From Gemmatimonadales bacterium (GTDB taxonomy: Bacteria > Gemmatimonadota > Gemmatimonadetes > Gemmatimonadales > GWC2-71-9): DNA of 47,961 bases. The stretch spans positions 1 through 47,961 of the forward strand of contig DATICZ010000026.1 in NCBI GenBank assembly GCA_035456525.1, in the 5' to 3' direction. Position numbers and translations under genes: made by a program. Below are positions 17,425 to 26,260 of the stretch, one piece after another (the first letter of the stretch is position 1; every line of letters begins with the position of its first letter). The notes beneath the pieces were generated by a model. That model was given only the letters and a program-made list of their open reading frames with translations. It made no database searches and had not been told where the DNA came from.

Positions 17425-19017
17425 GTGACACCCATTCTCGACGTGATAGTTCCATTGTTGCTGGGGCTTGCCGGCGCGGCGCCTCCGGCTGCGCCCCTGA
17501 AGCCGAAGCTGGTCGTGATGATCACGGTGGACCAGTTGCGCGGCGACTACCTGATGCGTTGGCGCCCGCAGTTGAGCGGCGGGCTCGCCCAGCTCCTGAC
17601 GTCCGGCGCGGTCTTCTCCAACGCCTATCAGGATCACGCCATCACGGAAACGGCGCCAGGGCATTCGACCGTGCTCTCGGGACGCTGGCCGGCCCACACC
17701 GGCATCATCGCCAACACTCTCGGCGTCGGCGATTCGACCGCCCCGTTGCTGGAAGTGAGGGGTCCCGGCGCCTCGCCGCGGCGGTTCCGCGGCACCGGAT
17801 TCTACGACTGGCTCGTCGCCGCGCAACCGGCCAGCCGGGCGCTCTCGGTCTCGCGCAAGGATCGCGGGGCGATACTCCCCATCGGCACCGCCCGGCAGGA
17901 AGTGTACTGGTACCAGGACGGCAAGTTCACGACGAGTCGCTACTACCGCGATTCGTTGCCGCCGTGGGTGCGGTCGTTCAACGCCCTGCGGCTGCCGTTC
18001 CGCGCCGCGGGCCGGGAGATCCGCGCGCTGCTGCCCGATTCGGCCTATGCGGAGCCCGACAGCGTTCCCTGGGAGAACGGCGGGCACGATCTGAGCTTTC
18101 CGCATCGCCTGCCGACCGACAGCAACCGCGCAGCCGTCGCCTACATGGCGACGTCGCTCATGGATTCGCTGACGCTCGCATTCGCGCTCGCGGGCGTGGA
18201 GACGCTCCAGCTGGGACGGCGCGGCTCCACCGAGCTCCTCGCGGTCAGCCTCTCGGCCACCGACTACATCGGCCACAGCTTCGGACCCGATTCGCGCGAG
18301 ATTCACGATCAGGTGCTGCGCCTCGACCGCAACCTGGGGTGGTTCCTGAGCCGGCTGGCGGACCGCTACGGCCGCGACAATCTGCTCGTCGTGCTCTCGG
18401 CAGATCACGGCGTCACGCCGTTCCCGGAATTCTCCCAGGCTCACGGCCATCCCGAGGCGCGGTGGGTGAGCGTCGATACGCTGATCACCGCGGTCAATCA
18501 GCAGCTCGACCGCGTGACCGCGACCGCCACTCCGCGGGGCTGGCTCGATTTCGACACGGGATTGCTGTTCGTGAAGGACAACGGGCGCCTTGCGGCGCTC
18601 GGCATCCGCATCGACAGCGTGCTCGCCGACGTGGCGCGTCGTCTCCGGGCCGTGCCGGGGGTGGCACGCGTGGACCGGCCGGATTCGCTCGCCGCGGCCG
18701 ACACGGCGGCCGACCCGGTGGCGCGGCGTTGGCGTCACGTCGTCGCGCCGGACGCGGGAATCGGCCTGGTCGTCACGCTGGACGACTGGAATGCCTGGGG
18801 CTACGCCGGAGGCGTGCGATATGCGGCGCACGGGCAACCGACCGACCGCGACGCCCACGTACCGCTGATCATCTGGGGAAAGGGTGTGCGGGCGGGGACC
18901 TATGGCGCGCGCGCCAACACGGTAGATATCGCGCCGACGCTGGCCCGTCTGCTGGGGCTCGCTCCGCTCTCGATTCCCGACGGACGGGTGCTCGGCGAAG
19001 CGCTCGCGTCACAATGA
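17425..19017 (+). CDS. alkaline phosphatase / nucleotide pyrophosphatase-phosphodiesterase family protein (PafA-like)
   Basis: Signal-like N-terminus. MITVDQLRGDYL, ETAPGHSTVLSGRWPAHTGI (Thr nucleophile region), SATDYIGHSFGP and VLSADHGV are present. Confidence 0.85.
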   Translation: MTPILDVIVPLLLGLAGAAPPAAPLKPKLVVMITVDQLRGDYLMRWRPQLSGGLAQLLTSGAVFSNAYQDHAITETAPGHSTVLSGRWPAHTGIIANTLGVGDSTAPLLEVRGPGASPRRFRGTGFYDWLVAAQPASRALSVSRKDRGAILPIGTARQEVYWYQDGKFTTSRYYRDSLPPWVRSFNALRLPFRAAGREIRALLPDSAYAEPDSVPWENGGHDLSFPHRLPTDSNRAAVAYMATSLMDSLTLAFALAGVETLQLGRRGSTELLAVSLSATDYIGHSFGPDSREIHDQVLRLDRNLGWFLSRLADRYGRDNLLVVLSADHGVTPFPEFSQAHGHPEARWVSVDTLITAVNQQLDRVTATATPRGWLDFDTGLLFVKDNGRLAALGIRIDSVLADVARRLRAVPGVARVDRPDSLAAADTAADPVARRWRHVVAPDAGIGLVVTLDDWNAWGYAGGVRYAAHGQPTDRDAHVPLIIWGKGVRAGTYGARANTVDIAPTLARLLGLAPLSIPDGRVLGEALASQ

Positions 19018-19027
19018 AGAAAACGGC

Positions 19028-19099
19028 GCGTGGGATGTGAAGAGGTAGAATCGCGGAAGGTGACGGCCCTGTCCACGTCCCACCGCCCACATCCCACGC
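19028..19099 (+). promoter_or_regulatory. 12-bp perfect inverted repeat (48-nt spacer) with duplicated GTAGAAT, between the phosphatase gene and the coiled-coil/ABC-2 genes
   Basis: GCGTGGGATGTG (19028-19039) pairs with CACATCCCACGC (19088-19099). GTAGAAT occurs after each arm (about 19045 and about 19104). It could be a terminator-like structure or an operator. No U-tract. Confidence 0.3.
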
Positions 19100-19147
19100 C
19101 TCCGTAGAATATGCTACACGCGCCCCGGGCAGGCAAAAGCTATCTTT

Positions 19148-19522
19148 TTGGCCATGGCCGATCCAAAGCTCACCCCCCTCCAGGCCGAACGGGCCCAGCA
19201 GATCCAGGAGTTCCAGAAGAGCCTCGCCCGTGTCAAGAAGCTCGTCAGCGAGCTCGAGTCCAGCCGCGCCGCCCGGCCCCAGGTGTTGCAGGATCTCGGC
19301 AGTCAGATCGCGCGCGAGCTCTCGCGCCTCCGGGCACGGGCCGTGGGCGCGAGCATCGGGACGGTGGCCGACCTGGCCGGGCAACTCTCGGTCGCGGCCA
19401 ACCGCTCGTCGGGACTCCTCATGAAGCTCCGGACGCTGAACGACGGGGTGGCGAGCCTCACCTTTCAGCTCGACCGCGCGTTGACCGCCGCCACGACGCC
19501 CGAGCCCAACCGCCCGGAGTGA
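19148..19522 (+). CDS. hypothetical coiled-coil protein
   Basis: 124 aa with normal composition and heptad-like Leu/Gln/Glu/Arg pattern (LQAERAQQIQEFQKSLARVKKLVSELESS). Its stop overlaps the GTG of the downstream ABC ATPase (GTGA). Confidence 0.55.
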   Translation: MAMADPKLTPLQAERAQQIQEFQKSLARVKKLVSELESSRAARPQVLQDLGSQIARELSRLRARAVGASIGTVADLAGQLSVAANRSSGLLMKLRTLNDGVASLTFQLDRALTAATTPEPNRPE

Positions 19523-20472
19523 CGGCTCCCGCGGCACAAGGGCCGGCGATTCGCTGTGCCGGCCTCGTGAAACGTTACGGCGACGTCACGGCCGTGGCGG
19601 GTCTCGATCTCACGGTGGCAGCCGGGGAGTGCTTCGGCCTGCTCGGTCCCAACGGTGCCGGCAAGACCACGACCGTAGAAATCCTCGAGGGCCTCACCCT
19701 GGCCGATGCCGGCCTGGTGGAGGTCCTCGGGGCTTCCTGGAGCGGGGGGTCGGCCGACCGGAGCCTGCGCGAGCGGCTGGGGATTCAGCTCCAGGAGACC
19801 AAGCTGCCCGAGAAGCTCTCCGTGGAGGAGACGATCCGGTTGTTCGCCAGCTTCTACTCCCGTGCGCATACGGTGGAGGAGGTACTGGCGCTGGTGGGGT
19901 TGGGCGAGAAGCGGAACGCCTGGTACAGCAAGCTCTCGGGCGGCCAGAAACAGCGGCTCGCGGTGGCGTGCGCGCTGGTCAACCGGCCGGAGCTGCTGTT
20001 CCTCGACGAGCCGACCACGGGTCTCGATCCGCAGTCGCGGCGCCAGCTGTGGGATGTCGTGGCGACGTTCCGCGCCGATGGGCATACCGTGGTGTTGACG
20101 ACGCACTACATGGAGGAAGCGGAGCGGCTGTGCGACCGCGTGGCGATCATGGATCACGGCCGGGTCATCGCCCTGGGCACGCCCCGCGAGCTGATCGCGG
20201 GACTCGGCGCCGAGCATGTGGTGGAGTTCACGCTGGCGGGAGGCGAGGCGGGGGCGTTGGACGGCGAGCTGCGTGTACTGCCGGGCGTGCGCGCCGTGCG
20301 ATCCACCGACGGCGTCGTGTCGCTCACGGTCGCGGAGCTGCACCATACTCTCCCCGCGCTGATGGCGACGCTGGAGCGGAAGGGCCTCTCCCTGGCGTCG
20401 CTCACCACGCATCACGCCACGCTGGAGGACGTCTTCGTGTCCCTCACGGGGCGTCGCATTCGCGATGACTGA
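19519..20472 (+). CDS. ABC-2-type exporter ATP-binding protein
   Basis: Residue 137 (GTG) of ORF 19111..20472. GPNGAGKTT, LSGGQKQRLAVACAL, LLFLDEPTTGLD and LTTHYMEEA. Confidence 0.9.
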   Translation: MTAPAAQGPAIRCAGLVKRYGDVTAVAGLDLTVAAGECFGLLGPNGAGKTTTVEILEGLTLADAGLVEVLGASWSGGSADRSLRERLGIQLQETKLPEKLSVEETIRLFASFYSRAHTVEEVLALVGLGEKRNAWYSKLSGGQKQRLAVACALVNRPELLFLDEPTTGLDPQSRRQLWDVVATFRADGHTVVLTTHYMEEAERLCDRVAIMDHGRVIALGTPRELIAGLGAEHVVEFTLAGGEAGALDGELRVLPGVRAVRSTDGVVSLTVAELHHTLPALMATLERKGLSLASLTTHHATLEDVFVSLTGRRIRDD

Positions 20473-21496
20473 GCGCCCGCTGGCCCAGCTCACCCTCGCC
20501 TGGATGCGGGGCTTCTACCGGGAGCCCGAAGCGCTCTTCTGGGTGTTCGGATTCCCGATCGTGCTCGCGTTCGCGCTCGGCATCGCCTTCAAGAACCGCG
20601 GCCCGGGCGAGCTGCGCGTCGGCGTGGCGCGCGGGGCGGGGGACAGTGCCGCGGCGAGCGTCCTCGAGACCGCGCCCGGTCTCGCCGCCGTCGTGCTGGA
20701 CAGCGCGGCGGCCCGGGCGGCGTTGCGCACCGGCCGGGTCGCGCTCGTCGTAGTGCCCGGCGAGCCGGTGGTGTACCGCTACGATTCGACGCGGACCGAG
20801 AGCCGGCTCGCGCGCCTCGAGGTGGACGAGGCGCTGCAGCGCCAGCGCGGGCGCGCCGACCCCGTCCTGGTGCGCGACGATCGCACCACCGAGCCAGGGT
20901 CGCGCTACATCGATTTTCTGATCCCGGGCTTGCTCGGCATGAATCTGATGGGCAGCGGCCTGTGGGGCGTGGGATTCACGGTCGTGCAGGCGCGGACCAA
21001 GGGATTGTTGAAGCGCTTCCTCGCCACCCCGATGCGCAAGGGTGAGTACCTGCTGTCCTACATGCTGTCGCGTCTCGTTTTTCTGGTGATCGAGGTGGCG
21101 GCCCTGATCGGATTCGGCTGGCTGGTATTCGACGTCGGCGTGCGGGGGTCGGTCGCCGTATTGGGCCTGGTGACGCTGATCGGCGCGTTTTCGTTCGCCG
21201 GGCTGGGACTGCTGGTCGCCAGCCGGGCCAAGACGGTCGAGGCGGTGTCGGGTCTCATGAACCTGGTGATGCTGCCGATGTGGATCCTCTCGGGGACGTT
21301 CTTCTCCTATGCCCGGTTTCCCGAAGCGCTGCAGCCGTTCGTGAAGGCATTGCCGCTCACCGGGTTGAACGACGCTCTGCGAGGGGTGATGATCGACGGA
21401 TCGTCCCTGGCGGGCATCGCGGCACCGGTCGCGGTGGTCGCCGGGTGGGGAGCGCTGAGCTTCATCGTCGCGGTGAAGATCTTCCGCTGGCGCTAG
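20465..21496 (+). CDS. ABC-2-type transporter permease
   Basis: 343 aa. One N-terminal TM, an extracytoplasmic loop, then 5 TM segments (YadH/NatB-like layout). It shares an 8-nt overlap with the ATPase gene. Confidence 0.85.
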   Translation: MTERPLAQLTLAWMRGFYREPEALFWVFGFPIVLAFALGIAFKNRGPGELRVGVARGAGDSAAASVLETAPGLAAVVLDSAAARAALRTGRVALVVVPGEPVVYRYDSTRTESRLARLEVDEALQRQRGRADPVLVRDDRTTEPGSRYIDFLIPGLLGMNLMGSGLWGVGFTVVQARTKGLLKRFLATPMRKGEYLLSYMLSRLVFLVIEVAALIGFGWLVFDVGVRGSVAVLGLVTLIGAFSFAGLGLLVASRAKTVEAVSGLMNLVMLPMWILSGTFFSYARFPEALQPFVKALPLTGLNDALRGVMIDGSSLAGIAAPVAVVAGWGALSFIVAVKIFRWR

Positions 21497-21553
21497 ATTG
21501 GCGGATTGGGGTGATCGGCTGTCCCAGCCCGTGAGGTTCGCGAGGAGGCTCCC

Positions 21554-21976
21554 ATGCCCGATTCCATCACGCTGGCGGACTACTACTACACGATGGTTCC
21601 CGACAAGCCCGGCGAGGGCGTACGCGTGTTGAACGTGCTGCGGGACGCCGGGGTCAATCTCCTGGCGTACTCGGGATTCCCGGCCGCGCGGCGCACCCAG
21701 ATCGACTTCGTTCCGGAGAACGCGCCGGCGTTTCTGGCCGCGGCCAAGGCGGCGAAGATCAAGCTCACCGGTCCCAAGAAGGTATTCCTGATCAACGGCG
21801 AAGATCGGCCGGGCGCGGTGGCGGGGCTCTACGAGAAACTCGCCGCGGCGAAGATCAACGTCACGGCGACTGACGCGGTGTGCGCAGGAATGGGGCGTTA
21901 CGGCGCGATCCTGTGGGTGAAGCCGCGAGACGTGAAGAAGGCGGCGCAGGTGCTGGGGGTCGCTCAGTCCGGCTGA
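21554..21976 (+). CDS. tandem ACT-domain protein
   Basis: 140 aa. Two approximately 65-aa units each begin with a beta-strand plus DxPG loop (YYTMVPDKPGEGVRVL; VFLINGEDRPGAVAGL). AGGAGG lies upstream of the ATG. Confidence 0.7.
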   Translation: MPDSITLADYYYTMVPDKPGEGVRVLNVLRDAGVNLLAYSGFPAARRTQIDFVPENAPAFLAAAKAAKIKLTGPKKVFLINGEDRPGAVAGLYEKLAAAKINVTATDAVCAGMGRYGAILWVKPRDVKKAAQVLGVAQSG

Positions 21977-24900
21977 GCGCCGACCAGTCGATGTCGTTGC
22001 GAACGCCGCTCCACACTTCGAGCGGCCCGACGAGCATCCGGTTCCCGACGGAGTTGCCCTCCAGGACGATCCAGTAGCGCTCCGTCGGAGGCATGCCTTC
22101 GTGCGTGATGGCCAGCGGCTTTCCGTCCACGGCGATGCCACACCGGCCGTCCGGGAAGAGCTGGACCACGAGGGAGTACCACTTTTCCAGGTTCACCCGG
22201 GTGGGAAGTGGCACCGCACGACGGTCGAAGTATGTCCAGGGCCGGGTGAACACGCCGTCACCAGGAGCGTACTGAAAACCGCATTCCCGCGCCTCCAATC
22301 CTGCCGTCGGCAGATTGCCGGTCCGGTGATCCCAGCGCACCAGTCCAGCCGAGTCGATGTTCGTCGTGAAGGCGATGTGCACGTTCTGCTGTCGCGGCCC
22401 GACCACCGGGGTGGACAGCTGCACGGCGATGCCGAGCCCGTGTGCCACCGGGAAGCGGCGGCGGGCGTACGCACCGCTCATGTACCACCCGTCGCCGTGG
22501 TTCCAGAAGGCGGGCGTTCCACCCGGTCCGACCGTGGTCGCGGGCCGTGGGTCGCCGAACGGCACCCATTGCGATTGCAGCGGGCCCGCCCACTCTTCCT
22601 TCAGTAGGACCGCGGATGGAGGTGCCGGCCCGATCACGAGGTTGACTGCGGCCTCCCGCCAGCCGCCGGCCGAGGCGCGCACGGTGACGGTTCCTGGACG
22701 CCGTGTGTACACCAAACCGCTCGGGTGGGCCACTGTCGCGAGTGTCGTATCATCGGAGCGCCAGGACAGCGCTTCCAGCGGAACGGGGGCGCCGGTCGGG
22801 TCAAATCCTCGAGCGACCAACTGGTACTCCGACCCGACCGCCACCGTATCGGAGCCGGCCGGGATCTCGAGGCGGGCCAGATAGCGTGGCCTCGCACCTG
22901 TGGGCAGCCAGCGCAACGTGTAGCGGCTGCCCGCATCGGGTCCGAACAGCACGCGTCGCGCCAGATCCGGCCGCTCGGACGGATACACGTACCAGTCGGC
23001 GCGGGCGAGACCTGCCCGCGTGCACCAGCACGCTTCCCACCGGCCGTCGGGGCTGAAGGACCGCGACCCGTCCCAGACCCCGTCGACGATGACCGTTCCG
23101 CCTGTCCTCAGGCCGAGGCGGACGACGCCTGAGGTACCGGAAGTGTCGATCGACAGGAGGAGCTGATCGGCGTCGTACCATCCCAGCAGGTTGTATGGTC
23201 CCCACACGTGGCAACTCGGCGTCCCGCCGCTGATCGTGAGGATGCAGATGCGCTGGGTCCCGTGACCCTCTTCGAGCGACTGATGACTGTAGGCCACGCG
23301 GGTCCCGTCCGGACTCCAGTAGGGGTTCCAGTCCCCCGGCTCCCCGTGGGTCAGCTCGCTGACTGCGCGCGTCGCCACATCGAGTACAGACAGGCGGGGA
23401 TAGCGATAGGGATTGCCGCCCGTGGAGCTGAAGACCAGCCGGCGACCATCCGGCGACCAGGACGGTGCGGCATCATCGCCCGGTGAGTACGTGAGGCGCC
23501 GCACCGTGCCATCCGGTCGCGTCAGGAACAGGTCGATGTCCCCCGAGTCGCCGCTCATGTCGGCGAACGCCCAGGTGAGACCATCGGGACTGGGGACCCA
23601 CGAAGCGTTGTAGTGTCGGCCGGCCCCGACCAAAGTCCGGTAGGGGCTTCCCAGCCCTCCGACGTCCAGCGGGGGGGGAGCGCCTGTTTCCCAGTCGTCC
23701 CGCCGCAACGCGACGGTGCGTGCCTCGAGCGAATCGCTCCCGGTCCGGATGACCACGAGGGTGATGTCGGGTAGCGGTGAGGCTGGCCGCAGCAGCCACG
23801 CCGTCACGCCTGCGCCGACCGCGATGACACCCAACGCCGTCGCCGCGATGCGTCGCCCGGTCACCAGGCCGAGTCGTACGTACGCCGGCAGAGAGCGCAC
23901 CAGCTGTGAGACTCGCGGAGGAGTGGCGGTCTCGCCGAGCAGATCCACAGCGACCGCCCGGGCCGGGCGCCGCTCCGCGCGGCGCCGCTGTAGCAGCAGG
24001 CGGCGCCGGAAGACGCGGGTCAACTGCTCCTCTTCTCCTGCCGCCGCGAGGTGGCGTCCCGCCCGCTGCAGGATTCCCGGATCGTCCCTGCCGGTCGCGG
24101 CAAGGAGGCGGCCGAGGGTGGCGTTGGCCGCCCGCCGCGCACCCGGTGTGGCGACCTCCAGGACGCGGGCGGCGATTTCGTCATGCGCCGGCTGCCACTC
24201 GCCGCCGTCGCGAGCCACGAGCCCACGCACATCGAGCGCGAGCAGGTCGGCCTGCACCGCCTCGAGGTCCCGGCCCGCCGCTCGAGCCAACACGTCGGTC
24301 GGGAGCGGCGTTCCCGCGGTCGCAAGCAGCGCCAGCAGCCAGGATTCACGACGGGAGAGCGCTGCGAGGCGGCGCCGCAACGGCCAGCCCTGCGCCAGCA
24401 TGGCGTCGAGCTCGGTAGGCTCGCGACACGACCACGCGCCGTCAACGAGTGTCAAGGTGCCCTGTTCCAGCAGCAGGTTGAGCGTTTCCAGCACGAGCAG
24501 CGGCGTGCCCGCGGTGGTCGTGTAGAGCGCGCCGGCGAATCGAGTGGCCCAAGGTTCGGCCGGCAGTCGCCCCAGACTCGCGAGCAGCGCACCGACTCCA
24601 TCCGCCGTCAGCGGCTCCAGTGCGAGCGGCTCCACCGAGACGCGACCCACTGCGCCGGAGATACCGGGTCGGGCGGCCGTGACGACGAGCACCGCGTGCT
24701 TCAAGGCCAGGGAAAGCAGGTGGTTCAGGACCTGACGCGACGGCTCGTCGATCCAGTGCACGTCGTCGATGAGGAGCGCCACCGGGTGCTCCTCGGCGAC
24801 CGCTCGGAGCAGTTCGGCCAGCGCGATCGTCCGGCGTCGCAGCGCCTCGAGGTCGGACGCGCGGTCGGGTGCGGCACCGTAGTAAGACGACAGGGTCGGG

Positions 24901-26018
24901 TTCAGTGCCACGAGCGCCGCCGCCGAGTCGGGAGAGACAGCGGCGGCGCCGGGAAGGTGCGCCAGCGCGAGTCCCACCTCGGACACGAGGGCGTAGGGCA
25001 CCGATCGCTCTCCCGGGTTGGCGCGGGCGACGACGACGCGACTCCCCATGGTGCGCAGCCGGGCGTGTACGTCGGCCAACAGCCGGGTCTTGCCGAGCCC
25101 GGCGGCGCCGGTGATGTGGACGTGCCGCCCCAGGCCGCCGCGCGCCGCACCCCAGGCGGCGAGGATGGCGGCGAATTCGCGCTCGCGTCCGATCAGCTCC
25201 GTGCTGAGCGACTGCTTCGTGGAGACGGCCGGGTTCTCAGGCGCCGCCTGATGCACCAGGGCGAGCAGGCCGACGGTCGCGGGCTCCGGCGGGCGATCGG
25301 CACGTGTGAGGACCTGCTCGAGGCGATGCGCCGCGAGCTCCGCGCCGACGCGGTCGTTGGCGGCGAGCAGTGTTTCGAGCTCGAGCCGCCAGCCGCTCTC
25401 GTCGTCGGGATCGTTCTCGCGCAGCCGGGCCGCGAGGTCCTTGGCCTTGCGCAACCGGCCTCTCGTCATCCAGTCGCGCACGACCGTCTCGCCCGCCCGG
25501 CGGAACATCCGCCGCAGCCGGTAGCGCTCGAGATCGGCCCACTGCTCGAAATCCGCACCTCCCGGGGCCGCGAAGCCGGGGAGGAAGTCGCCGCCGTAAA
25601 GGTCGAGTGCACGCTCGAATTCGACCTGCTCGATCGCCTCGAGGAACGCATCGCGATCCGAGTCTCCGGTGGCGCACAGCGTCACCGTGTCGTCGGTGGC
25701 CGTGATGGCGTGCTCTCCGAGACGCTGGCGCAGGAGCCAGACGGCCTGACGAACGGAGTGACGCGCGGCCTCGGTGTCCTGGTCGGCCCAGAGCAGATCC
25801 ATGAGGTGCTCGCGGCTGGCCGAGTGGCCGGGGGAGCAGGCGAGGTAGACGTAGAGGCCGAGCGGTTTGCTGGAGGACAGCAGCTCGTGGCGCTCGCCCG
25901 ATTCGGTGACGCGCGCGAGGGAGGCTCGTCCGAGAGTAGTGAGGACGAGTCGGCCGGAGGGATTCAGCTGAAGTGCCTGCCCGTTCGACATTTGACGCCC
26001 GATAGACGCTCGGTTCAC
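21861..26018 (-). CDS. membrane-spanning SARP/AfsR-like regulator: wHTH + BTAD + P-loop NTPase (AAA_16/STAND-like) + 1 TM + periplasmic PD40 beta-propeller + Big_2 + LamG/ConA-like domain
   Basis: 1385 aa. Residues about 25-100 are OmpR-type wHTH (REHLMDLLWADQDTEAARHSVRQAVWLLRQRLG). BTAD follows (ALDLYGGDFLPGF...FEQWADLERYRLRR). Walker A is ITGAAGLGKTRLL and Walker B is VALLIDDVHWIDEPS. The TM helix is at about 724-743 (IAATALGVIAVGAGVTAWLL). PD40-type repeats follow (SWSPDGRRLVFSS, YWSPDGTRVAYSH, SFSPDGRW). A Big_2-like stretch is TVAVGSEYQLVARGFDPTGAPVP...GTVTVRASAGG. The alternative start Met10 is at 25991. Confidence 0.85.
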   Translation of the reverse strand: MNRASIGRQMSNGQALQLNPSGRLVLTTLGRASLARVTESGERHELLSSSKPLGLYVYLACSPGHSASREHLMDLLWADQDTEAARHSVRQAVWLLRQRLGEHAITATDDTVTLCATGDSDRDAFLEAIEQVEFERALDLYGGDFLPGFAAPGGADFEQWADLERYRLRRMFRRAGETVVRDWMTRGRLRKAKDLAARLRENDPDDESGWRLELETLLAANDRVGAELAAHRLEQVLTRADRPPEPATVGLLALVHQAAPENPAVSTKQSLSTELIGREREFAAILAAWGAARGGLGRHVHITGAAGLGKTRLLADVHARLRTMGSRVVVARANPGERSVPYALVSEVGLALAHLPGAAAVSPDSAAALVALNPTLSSYYGAAPDRASDLEALRRRTIALAELLRAVAEEHPVALLIDDVHWIDEPSRQVLNHLLSLALKHAVLVVTAARPGISGAVGRVSVEPLALEPLTADGVGALLASLGRLPAEPWATRFAGALYTTTAGTPLLVLETLNLLLEQGTLTLVDGAWSCREPTELDAMLAQGWPLRRRLAALSRRESWLLALLATAGTPLPTDVLARAAGRDLEAVQADLLALDVRGLVARDGGEWQPAHDEIAARVLEVATPGARRAANATLGRLLAATGRDDPGILQRAGRHLAAAGEEEQLTRVFRRRLLLQRRRAERRPARAVAVDLLGETATPPRVSQLVRSLPAYVRLGLVTGRRIAATALGVIAVGAGVTAWLLRPASPLPDITLVVIRTGSDSLEARTVALRRDDWETGAPPPLDVGGLGSPYRTLVGAGRHYNASWVPSPDGLTWAFADMSGDSGDIDLFLTRPDGTVRRLTYSPGDDAAPSWSPDGRRLVFSSTGGNPYRYPRLSVLDVATRAVSELTHGEPGDWNPYWSPDGTRVAYSHQSLEEGHGTQRICILTISGGTPSCHVWGPYNLLGWYDADQLLLSIDTSGTSGVVRLGLRTGGTVIVDGVWDGSRSFSPDGRWEACWCTRAGLARADWYVYPSERPDLARRVLFGPDAGSRYTLRWLPTGARPRYLARLEIPAGSDTVAVGSEYQLVARGFDPTGAPVPLEALSWRSDDTTLATVAHPSGLVYTRRPGTVTVRASAGGWREAAVNLVIGPAPPSAVLLKEEWAGPLQSQWVPFGDPRPATTVGPGGTPAFWNHGDGWYMSGAYARRRFPVAHGLGIAVQLSTPVVGPRQQNVHIAFTTNIDSAGLVRWDHRTGNLPTAGLEARECGFQYAPGDGVFTRPWTYFDRRAVPLPTRVNLEKWYSLVVQLFPDGRCGIAVDGKPLAITHEGMPPTERYWIVLEGNSVGNRMLVGPLEVWSGVRNDIDWSALSRTERPPAPAPPSSRLAASPTGSRRNAPFLRTPRQSP

Positions 26019-26039
26019 AGCCTGTATGCGACCACTGAC

Positions 26040-26058
26040 GTGACCGCCCCTCGGTCAC
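26040..26058. promoter_or_regulatory. 7-bp palindrome in the 5' leader of the regulator gene
   Basis: GTGACCG-ccccT-CGGTCAC lies 22-40 nt upstream of the ATG at 26018. It could be an operator or an RNA hairpin. Confidence 0.25.
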
Positions 26059-26260
26059 CGGTCGTCCGTCGGGATGTGCTTCGCTCCTGCTAGGGAGAAG
26101 CTACGGCGGATGGGCGGGTCAGCAAGGCGCCGTGTGCGTGGCCGGGGGGTTGGGCGATCGAGCCATTTCGGCTTGCCGCCCGAGCGGCTTCATAGGAATT
26201 CCATGGCCGGCTGATAGGGAGTTCTGGGAGATCGCCGGGCCCTCTGCGCGTTCGCTGACG

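Noticed and set aside
21861-26018. Reading the P-loop/STAND-like protein (with the kinase) as an Avs-like antiphage defence system
   Set aside because: The N-terminus is a DNA-binding SARP module rather than a nuclease, TIR or protease effector. The protein is membrane-spanning with a TolB-like periplasmic sensor. No phage, integrase or other defence genes flank it. A regulatory role fits better, though defence cannot be excluded without comparative data.
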